Shown here: in pieces, positions 54,102 through 64,000 of the stretch
Layout of the letters: every line of letters begins with the position of its first letter
Position numbering within the stretch: the stretch's first letter is position 1
Source: Octopus sinensis
Lineage: Eukaryota
Assembly (NCBI RefSeq): GCF_006345805.1
Contig: NC_043004.1
Location: 51,956,001-52,020,000 of the forward strand
Direction: 5' to 3'
Length of the DNA stretch: 64,000 bases
Notes under the pieces: model-generated
Told to the model about the DNA's origin: nothing
Seen by the model: only the letters and a program-made list of their open reading frames with translations
Databases searched by the model: none
Translations under genes and position numbers: made by a program

Positions 54102-56169
54102 TATTCGTATATGTATTTATTACACAAACACTCACATGCACGTTTATAAGTATACGTTATTCTCATTGATTTTTTCTCTGTACTATTGGACATTAGTATG
54201 ACGTCAGGAAGTGCCTACGCAGCAGGTATTTTATATTTAACTTATATAGTGTCTAAACTGTTATTTACTTGACATCGTTGACAGCTCCCGCTTGAAATGG
54301 CTTCTTTATTATATGACATTTCGTTTGCTAGATGCGAAGAATGACTTGGCCTGCGGTATTTTTCGACATCTGCTCGTTTTTATTTGCGCAGGTCGATGTT
54401 TTCAGAAAACGTCAGCACAAACTGGGAAAGTTAATTTTGTAATGTTGCTGACGTGGGCCCTGGAAAATGTTTAGAGGTGAGTTAAAATAAATTATGCAAG
54501 AAAATATAAGTGATGGAGAGGTTCTAGATAGAGCAGTTTCGCCGCTAGTTAGTTCAAAAGAACAGACTATTTAAAACAACATCACTTGGATGCGGTGTGA
54601 CAATGAGCAGAACGGTCCCTAAATTTTAAGCACTACATGTATATGAAAATTTCTTGAGCAGTATAAATATCAGATGCCCAAGTCTCTGTAATTCCTAGTT
54701 TTGCTTTGGAACGCGATAGCAGTTCCTGTTGAGGGACTGATTTGTCGGTCTAATTGCTGAAGGTAGTCATAGTTAAGGCATAAAAGACTGGGAGTCAAGC
54801 TTGCTTTTGTCATGTGAGACACAAGCCCAAAAGTTTGTGAACATACTGTGATTGTACGTAAACTAGACACCTTTTGTCTAACGGTAAACTAGGCCTCCTG
54901 TCTTAAGGATAATATTAAGAGAGCAGAAAACTAGTCGAATAAACTGTAAATAAACCAGCATGATGCAACAGACAACTACAAATGCATGTGTTTCCCAGGA
55001 ACAATCATGAATCTTCACACTTTGGCATGGACGCCCATGTAGGTGTACCAGTGAGAGAGAGAGAGGGGGGGAGGGAGAGAGAAAGTGAGAGAGAGAGAGA
55101 GTGAGTGAGAGTGAGAGAGAGAGAGACTTCTGTTCAGGTCAGACCTGAAATATTTTCTGAAGATAAAGAGAAATCGTAGTCTTTGTGTAATCTTGATGTC
55201 ATTTAACCTCTGATCAGTGCTGATCGAACACACATATAATCAAAATAATTCTAGTCATAGAAATCACGCCTCTCTTTATTTTTGTCTTCTACGTACTGGT
55301 TTTTCAGACTCACATTATTCAGTGTGTCATTTTCGTAAAGACGGTAGGATGTAATATGAGAGATATTTGGTCGTTATTTCAAGACCGTGTTGGTCTGAGT
55401 TTTGATGATCATACATAAAAGCTTCAGACATGACATAACCTTTGAAATTCTGATATTTGAAGCAGTTGCCTCTTCAAGTGAAAACACTGATAGGTACAAA
55501 ACTGTATATAGGGTATATGTGTCCATTGTTTAGCTGGGGTCCCTATGTTTAAACCACTGTTAATGATTGTTGATCTTACCTTTGCTTTTCAAACTCTTAA
55601 ATCACATAAACCTGCATAATTTTTGCTGCGGCATATATAACAACAAGCATTCCGCTCTGAACTGCCAGCCTCATCTCTTCACCCACTACAGGACAAAATC
55701 TTAGATATTTTCAACATTCTTGTGTCATATGGATTTTCAAGTCGGTACTTATCTTCTCCATCACATCTCACTTACTACCTACTCACCCATATATCTCCAC
55801 AAGGTAAAAACAAACCAGTATTCAATATGACTACCAATGAACATTGTTCTCTACTTTGGGGAGCCTTGGCTTGTATATTGGTGTATGAGTCGATGGGTGG
55901 TTATTTCCTGTACTTCGTCTTCATAACATTACACCCCACTGTCTATTTTGAAATGCAAGTCGATGGGCCGATATTATTTGCCTCGGTACATGTTGCCGCA
56001 CATATTTCCCTAATCGTTCTTCAGTTTCTCCTTTGATGATAAAATTGCATCATTTTTGCTTGTGGTGAGGTAAAGGTAAGTTTACTTTCTCTTTGTCTGC
56101 TCTCGAAAAAATTCAGTGTTACAAGAAATAGAAAGTTTACTAATACATTGTTTGCATAGTTCTTCTGCA

Positions 56170-57320
56170 CTTAACTCCTGTCCAAATTTAGGTGCTCTCT
56201 GTTTGAAGCAATATAAGCAACATAAAGACACACTCAGCCTTGGATGGAAGCACTCCGTCGGTTACGACGACGAGGGTTCCTGTTGATCCGAATCAACGGA
56301 ACAGCCTGCTCGTGAAATTAACGTGTAAGTGGCTGAGCACTCCACAGACACGTGTACCCTTAACGTAGTTCTCGGGGATATTCAGCGTGACACAGAGAGT
56401 GACAAGGCCGGCCCTTTGAAATACAGGTACAACAGAAACAGGAAGTAAGAGTGAGAGAAAGTTGTGGTGAAAGAGTACAGCAGGGATCACCACCATCCCC
56501 TGCCGGAGCCTCGTGGAGCTTTAGGTGTTTTCGCTCAATAAACACTCACAACGCCCGGTCTGGGAATCGAAACCGCGATCCTACGACCGCGAGTCCGCTG
56601 CCCTAACCACTGGGCCATTGCGCCTCCACTCACACTCAGCCTTACCACTCTGGAAAAACACTTATGCAATAATTGAATGTTAAAAAAATCCCAAACTAAA
56701 ACAATTTCGCATCTTCGAGTTTGATATTAAGGACTATTATGCAACAATATCAGAAACAAAACTTACTATAGCTCTGATCTTTGCCAAATCAATCACAGCT
56801 ATTTAATAACCAGAAATTGAGATACTACAACATAGTAGATATCATCCCTTCCATAACAATGAATACTGGATAAAGAAAATTGACTACTGAATCATTTGAT
56901 GTTCGTTTAGGTTCAAACGACACTACAGAGGTCAGCGACATTGTTGGCCAATATGTATTATCACCATTTCTCAGCAAGCGACTGCCCACCTCAGTTGCCT
57001 TTCAGGAAAGTAATGGTGGAAATTATTTTTACAAGTTTAACCTACAAAAAACCCAGAGATTTAGGAACACATTATGTCCCTTCTTTAAATACCGATGTTC
57101 TCTATTACAGTTGGAATTAACTTCTTAGAAGTGTAGATTAATCCTAGAAAAATTCATTGAGAATACTTAAGTATATACACTCTAGCTACACACGAATTAT
57201 AAACTAAAATCCTTCTCAAGATCATCTCACTAAAATCCATCTCTTCATCATCGAAATAAGTGGTATTCAACGACATTTCAACACTTCTAACATTGTAAAA
57301 TCAACGATTAGAAAGAAGAC
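56170..57320 (+). mobile_element. Penelope-like element reverse transcriptase remnant, interrupted by a SINE
   Basis: LWKNT...FEFDIKDYYATISE...ALIFAK...HSR...NNEYWIKK...FDVRLGSNDTTEVSDIVGQYVLS matches the PLE RT pattern (QWKN, FDIxDFYPSI, FDVxMGSxDGAEVxELVG). Several stops and frameshifts. Confidence 0.85.
56242..56630 (-). mobile_element. SINE family A with 13-bp TSD, inserted in the PLE remnant
   Basis: Near-identical to 15839-16223; cacactcagcctt at 56229-56241 and 56631-56643. Confidence 0.95.
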
Positions 57321-57371
57321 GAAATGCATAGATACATATAGAGATATAATATATATATATAGAATATATAT

Positions 57372-57403
<32 letters not shown>

Positions 57404-57419
57404 ATATATATTATTATAT

Positions 57420-57474
<55 letters not shown>

Positions 57475-57475
57475 T

Positions 57476-57535
<60 letters not shown>

Positions 57536-57561
57536 AGAAGATAGATGGAAGATAGATATAA

Positions 57562-57610
<49 letters not shown>

Positions 57611-58069
57611 TATATATATATATATGGTTATGTATACATTTAAATTATCTATATACATATGCATATGAATATATGTAAATATGAACATCATAGAAATACA
57701 CACGCCTTCATACATACATAAACTCACAAACATACACAAACATATGTATGGTTGTATGTATTTGTGTGTGTGTGTATTCACACGTCTATACAGACAATGA
57801 CTCATTACTTATTATTTTTTTACGAGAACTCATCATACTCCATCATTCCTCTATTCTCCTTTACCTTTACCTAGAACCATATCCTTATATACCCGTTTCC
57901 CTCTTCCGTTAATACAGCAATTGCATAGTAAAACACTGAGCTATCTCTCATCCCTTCCTCCATAAACACCTTTTGAAGAAAACCTCCATAAAGAATTCAC
58001 CCATGGTTATAAATGCTACGGGTAAACTATAAGGAATCTCTCTACAAGAGGGATGATTCTAAAATGTTT

Positions 58070-58880
58070 ATAACGGATGGTATTAAATTAGAAACCCTAC
58101 TTGAAATTGCCCATAAATTCAGCCAAAATATGAAAATGATTAAGGAATTAAATAAATGGGTTGAACAACAAGAATATTAGAATAGATACTGGCACCAACT
58201 CTCAGAATTGGAGCAGAACTCCCCATTGAAATATTTAGGAGAAGATGAATCACAAAATATAACACACTGAAATAAAGAAGAAATATCGTGTGTTATAAAA
58301 GAATCAGTCTAATATTAAAAACTAGTTATTGTTAACAATACGATCAGAGGTGAAAATATCCCACCCGTTTCAATTACAAACTTCAGCTTCAATATAGTAA
58401 ATTGGAAGCAAAGTGAAAAGCTCAAACAGATGGTGATTCAGAGGACACTCACCAAAGGCCATATAGAGAGAATATAATAAGTGCTGCACACGGAAAAGGA
58501 CAGGTCTTGATACAAATAGAAAACTACAAAAAGGTAACAAAAGCAGGATGCCAAAATTATTTATCAGTAAACAAAGAGAAATGGTGTAGTGTCATGAGGA
58601 AAGAAATAAAATAAAAACTTTCGTGTAAGAACATCATAGACAAATATTTTGGAAGTGGGAAAAAACAACATAAATCTCAGAAGCGTTTGAAAAAGCAAAC
58701 AAAAGGAAATATAGAATATGTTAAAGAAAAAATGAAGAGAAATGTCATTCCATAGTTAACACAAAGTAATACTCGATTGAGAGGAAAGCAAAAAAGAAAA
58801 TGGTAGAAATAATAATAAAGAGGAATTATGAAAAGAACAATAAAAACAATGTATAAAATCTATGGCAAATGACATTTTCT
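58070..58880 (+). mobile_element. Decayed R4/Dong-like LINE fragment (RT C-terminal region)
   Basis: LETLLEIAHKFSQNMKM, KYLGEDE, NIVNW and LIQIENYKK align with the 35.6-36.3 kb part of the long element. Confidence 0.7.
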
Positions 58881-58987
58881 TGGAAAATAAGTTAATCCTT
58901 GTATGATCAAGCAGCATTCGGCACAGTATACTTAGAAAAGAATAGTTCCCTGTATGAATTATCTACACACAAGTGGGTGTCGATAAT

Positions 58988-59055
<68 letters not shown>

Positions 59056-59088
59056 CAACAACAACAACAACAACAATAATAATAACAT

Positions 59089-59642
59089 GCCCTGATGCAG
59101 TACCAGGCAGTGGTTCCCATGGCTTCTGATCTTAACTGATTGGAAGTGTTATGATGTACATTGTTTTGTCTTGGTATAAAAGATGGGCTACAGCAAATAT
59201 TCTGCTCAATACCACAGATTTGCTTGTCAGTTGTTTGACCTTAACCAGTTGAGCATGTCCCTTAGTGTCTGACGATATGTGCATCTCTTATCACGTGCAG
59301 AGGTAGTGGGGGAGCATCATAGCCGTGTGTTGAGAGGGATTCTTTGGGGTTTGAATAATTCACCTCTGGAAACATGGCTGTTTCGTTCAACATCCTTAAA
59401 CAACCCTTATTCAGGGACCTTTCATGTGGGATGGGTTACTCGACCTGAAGAAAATTCTAACTGGGCCCCACCTGCAAGGTCATGTGCTGTTTATCTTGTT
59501 ATGAGATCACCATGTCGCGCACATATGGTTGTGATGCATGTGCCTAGTGTGCCCTTATCGGACGGGTGGTCATGATGGGTATACTGGGCTTCGTATATTT
59601 TACCCCAGTGTCACTTTGATGGCATGCACTGCTCTCTCACTC
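59089..59642 (+). mobile_element. ~554-bp non-coding (AAT)n-embedded repeat, full copy
   Basis: gccctgatgcagtaccaggcagtgg...gcactgctctctcactc flanked by (AAT/AAC)n; four copies in the window. Confidence 0.9.
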
Positions 59643-59690
59643 AATAATAATAATAATAATAATGATAATAATAATGATAATAATAATAAA

Positions 59691-60140
59691 GCAAATATTC
59701 TGCTCAATACCACAGATTTGCTTGTCAGTTGTTTGACCTTAACCAGTTGAGCATGTCCCTTAGTGGCTGACGATATGTGCATCTCTGATCACGAGCAGAA
59801 GTAGTGGGGGAGCATCATAGCCATGTGTTGAGAAGGATTCTTTGGGGTTTGAATAATTCACCTCTGGAAACATGGGTGTTTCGTTCAACGTCCTTAAACA
59901 ACCCTTATTCAGGGACCTTTTGAGCGGGATGGGTTACTCGATCTGAAGAAAATTCTAACTGGGCTCCACCTGCAAGGTCATGTGCTGTTTATCTTGATAT
60001 GAGATCACCATGTCGCGCACATATGGTTGTGATGCATGTGCCTGGTGTACCCTTATCAGACGGGTAGTCATGATGGGTATACTGGGCTTCGTATATTTTA
60101 CCCCAGTGTCACTTTGATGGCATGCTCTGCTCACTCACTC
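59691..60140 (+). mobile_element. 5'-truncated copy of the 554-bp (AAT)n-embedded repeat
   Basis: Starts internally at gcaaatattctgctc, keeps the same 3' end, (AAT)n on both sides. Confidence 0.9.
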
Positions 60141-60170
60141 AATAATAATAATAATAATAATAATAAAATA

Positions 60171-60635
60171 ATGCAGTACTATGTAGTGGCTCTCATGGAT
60201 TCTCATCTTAACTGATTGGAAGTGTTATCATGTATATTGTTTTATCTAGGCATAAAAGATGGGCTACAGCAAATATTCTACTCAGTACCACAGATTTGCT
60301 TGTCAGTTGTATGGCCTTAACCAGTTGACCATGGTCCTTAGTGGCTGATGATATGTCCATCGTTGATCATGAGTAGAATTAGTGGGTGAGCATCATAGCC
60401 GTGTGTATAGAGGAATTCTATGAGGTTTGGATAATTCACCACTGGAAACATAGCTGTTTCGTTTACCATCCTTAAGCAACCATTATTTGGAGACCTTTTG
60501 AGCAAGTTGGGCTTCTCAACCTGAAGAAAATTCTAATTGGCTCCCACCTGCAAGGTCATTCGCTGTTAATCTTGATATGTCACGCACACATGGTTGAGAT
60601 GCATGTACCTGGTGTACCCTTTTGATAAGGGCAGG
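60171..60635 (+). mobile_element. Older diverged copy of the 554-bp repeat, 3' end missing
   Basis: Colinear with 59089-59560 but with many substitutions. Confidence 0.8.
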
Positions 60636-61495
60636 AGATTTTGTAACATTTGTAACTCTGAACTCTTCCATATTCTTTTGGCTAAGGTTCCCCTAGTAAA
60701 CACACTCATAGAAAAATCATACAAATGTAAACATTGGCAGAAACACACTTTCTACTCATATAAATGATAAAGATAGTCACTGTGGTTTTAACAATTAGCT
60801 TCACGTCCACCCCACTGCTATAGAGAAATTCTTCCCTAAGCCTTCGAACATTCTTTCAATCAACGTACACTTCCCTCTCCACTTGTTCCCTACCTATTAC
60901 TCCTTTATATCTTCCCTTACTACTATCTATCTTTGACGTCTGTCTCTCTCTCACACACACAATCACACACACAGACACAAATGCAGTTATATACACACAC
61001 ACATACTCGCACACACAAACACACGCACTCATTAACACAAGCACACACCCACACATTTCCATACATACCACAAACATACTGTCCCCTACCTACTATCCAT
61101 TTTTGACGTCAACGGATTTAAAAAAAAAAACACTCATTATCGCTTTGGTTACCATGTAGGCAATCATCGAAATTTTTGTTCGTCTTATTGTTGAGAGAGG
61201 CTCCTTTTCTTTCCTGATGAGAAGATTGCATAATGCACCCTTTATTCCTTCGGAATGAAAATATGCTGTCTTCGAAACATGTGTCGAGAGTAAAGGAATT
61301 TTGTTAACATCTTCATTCGACTCCATTCTTTCATTTATTCATATACAACACACAAATTTCTACACATGAACCCGGAGTTTCTATCCTTGACAGGTCGCTT
61401 CAATCGTGTTTTCTGACGTGAATTTGCTACCCAGGTTTCGGTTAAGACGAATTTTCCATGCTGACGATAAACATAGGATAATTCATTCACCTACT

Positions 61496-61528
<33 letters not shown>

Positions 61529-61731
61529 GAGTGAGTGTGATCGTACGCTATCTATGTCTTTCGACGATGAGGACACAGGTATTTTATCATGTAAATTCCT
61601 TGCCTCTGAACTAGCGTACAAGTGGCCGATCATTTCACAGACTGGGGTATCGATATCATAATTAACAAAATCAGCGCGGTACAGCATATAAGAAGACTTT
61701 AACCCTTGTATAACAGGTGAAATCCGCTCAC

Positions 61732-61771
61732 CTCGTGTATTGTACATAGAAGTTAAAATGTATCAGTCGAC
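61732..61771 (-). CDS. Possible 40-nt exon
   Basis: Acceptor tttttctgtatcttcag|, donor GAG|GTGAGC, one open frame RLIHFNFYVQYT. No partner exon identified. Confidence 0.18.
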
Positions 61772-62334
61772 CTGAAGATACAGAAAAATTTATATATCTT
61801 GTGAAGATTCTACGCAGGAAGATCGAAACCAGGTCCTTATGTTTACGATGTGAACTTCTTAATCGTTCGGTCGTACTGTGCCAGTGTGCACTCACAGAGA
61901 GAGACAGAGAGAGAGAGAGAGAGAAAGAGAGAGGGCGGGAGGGAGAGAGAGAAAGAGATAGAGATAGGGATAGAAAGAGAGAGAGAAACACATGTATATA
62001 TGTATGAAAATATAACATGTATGTATAGGTATGTGTTCATATATATATATGTGTATATGTATGTATATATATGTATATGTATATATATATGTATATATAT
62101 GTATATATATATATATATATACATATATATATGTATATATATATGTATGTATATATATATATATATATATATATAATAAATGTGTGTGTGTGTACATTAA
62201 CATATAACATATGTCACATACACACACACACACACATGTATACATGTACATACAACATACATACGTATATAAACACAAACATACATACATATACGAGAGC
62301 TTAAAGAGAAAATAGAAGTGAATCAATTAATCAT

Positions 62335-62460
62335 GATTTTATTCAAAATATTCCGCTCTCAACTGCATTCAGTTATCGCATTGATACTTGAGGTTTTCTA
62401 AGCCCTGTAAAAGAACTCGGAACATTAGGCTTCCAACCAGGTCATTCACAAAACTCTTAA
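62335..62460 (-). mobile_element. Mariner transposase C-terminal remnant
   Basis: Minus strand WLEA...FFYR/GLENLKYQCDN*MQLRAEYFE* resembles the typical ...KCVELxGEYVE* terminus. Confidence 0.55.
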
Positions 62461-62969
62461 AGCCAGGAACTTTTCAGAACCGCTCGTATATATTAGGCTC
62501 TTAAAAGCAGGGAGGTTAAAACCTTAACATACATGTACGCAGGTATAACCATAGTTTTGCAATTGCTAAGCGCCTACATTGTGTTTGCTTAAGTGAATAA
62601 CTTGATCTACAGTTGAATTTTACCACCAAGTTGAAATAGCTGGAAAGAAGTCTGCTGTGAAACAGGCTTAATGCATTCCTTATGAATACATGGAGTTGTG
62701 TGAATTGTTCAACATATTAAGCCATCTTTTCCTCCATCTATCTACATATTCACCCAATTCTCAAACTGCTAAATACTTTTGGATGATGATGAATGTTGTA
62801 TATAGATATATTCATACATACATAGTGTGTGTGCATTTTTTCTGTATGTTTATATAGACACCTATGTATATATATATGCGTATGTATGTAAGTATGTATG
62901 CATGTATGTATGTACATATCTATATAGATATACATGCAGGCTTTTATGCATGTATATATACATAGGGAG

Positions 62970-63037
<68 letters not shown>

Positions 63038-63205
63038 TATATATATATAGGGAGAGTTATATATATATAATATATATATATATATACAGGACACTCACAT
63101 AATCGTGTATCTCTCTACATGCACAAAAGTCTATCTTCGAATTGGCGAACAGACAGAAAAAGCTGACATTAATGCTTTAGTAATATATATCTATATCTAT
63201 CTATC

Positions 63206-63271
<66 letters not shown>

Positions 63272-63743
63272 TATAATATATATACACACATATATATACA
63301 TATTTATGTATGAATATTTGTGCGTCAATGTGTCTATATGTGTATCCATATTAACACAGCTTCATGCATGATTGTACATATGCACAGACACACACGCACA
63401 CACATACATACAGATACACACACACATATATTTGTATGTATGTATACATAGCTACGTACACATATGCATCGTAGAACAGCAGCATACAGGCAGATGCACA
63501 CACTAAAAGATAAAGCGCTTCTGAAATGCTTATATTCCCAAGAGAGAAGAACAGCTTTGGGAGAACCTCGAAAGAAATATTTCGGTTGAATAATTTTTAA
63601 AGAACAAAATCTTCAATGAAGCGGGCTCTCGGGAACCGATTATTTTGGAGACTTCTTGTGAAATATTTTGAATGCATTGAAAATTGACCTCTATTCCATT
63701 CTTTTAAACTGACCTATTCTTTAGAGATTTACTATTATTATTA

Positions 63744-63779
<36 letters not shown>

Positions 63780-63782
63780 TTC

Positions 63783-63814
<32 letters not shown>

Positions 63815-64000
63815 TATTATTATTTTATTATATTATTATTATTATTATTATTATTATATTATTATTATTATATTATTATTTATTATTATTATTTTCCTTT
63901 TAATTTCCGTTACTATGTGAAATTCTTTTATGGGAATATATCATTTTATGCATTATTACAAGGTTTGTTTACAGTTGGAGTGTCTTTTGGTGAGTAGGCA

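Noticed and set aside
55700-56050. Possible decayed LINE RT (YRPI-TCISK with a shift) on the minus strand, and splice-like signals at 55580-55685 and 56076
   Set aside because: One short motif only; candidate exons have stops in all frames.
59089-59642. HDV-like or hammerhead ribozyme in the 554-bp element
   Set aside because: CCCUGA/UCAGGG complementarity exists but I could not place P1.1, P3 or the catalytic C, and no CUGANGA is followed by a stem and GAAA.

Overview
Eukaryotic, AT-rich, microsatellite-saturated intergenic or deep-intronic DNA. The repeat landscape looks like an octopus genome (inference from the tRNA-derived SINE families and the very high density of (TA)n, (AAT)n, (CATA)n and (GATA)n). 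No host protein-coding gene can be supported with confidence; most ORFs in the track are translated microsatellites. Recognisable content: (1) a near full-length R4/Dong-clade non-LTR retrotransposon (RT, CCHC-like knuckle, restriction-like endonuclease) sitting inside an (AAT)n tract at ~33.3-37.2 kb, plus three decayed relatives; (2) a 5'-truncated RTE LINE with a 13-bp TSD; (3) a Penelope-like RT remnant; (4) mariner, hAT, piggyBac-type and Helitron/Helentron-type remnants; (5) about 25 tRNA-derived SINE copies of four families, several with clean TSDs; (6) a ~554-bp non-coding element found four times, always embedded in (AAT)n. The most interesting object is a ~350-bp tandem repeat at 11505-12469. 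On the minus strand each complete unit carries an extended type I hammerhead ribozyme (consensus of the two units: CACACG-CUGACGA-GAGGU-CAAUU-ACCUC-GAAAC-UCGA-GUC/CGUGUG) with a palindromic helix III. This is the architecture of a retrozyme that could release a ~349-nt circularisable RNA. Three further minimal hammerhead-like motifs with non-canonical cores and a covarying helix I lie in Penelope-type tails next to (TA)n tracts. Many 1-nt indels in homopolymers suggest either decay or imperfect long-read consensus. All coordinates and alignments were made by eye.
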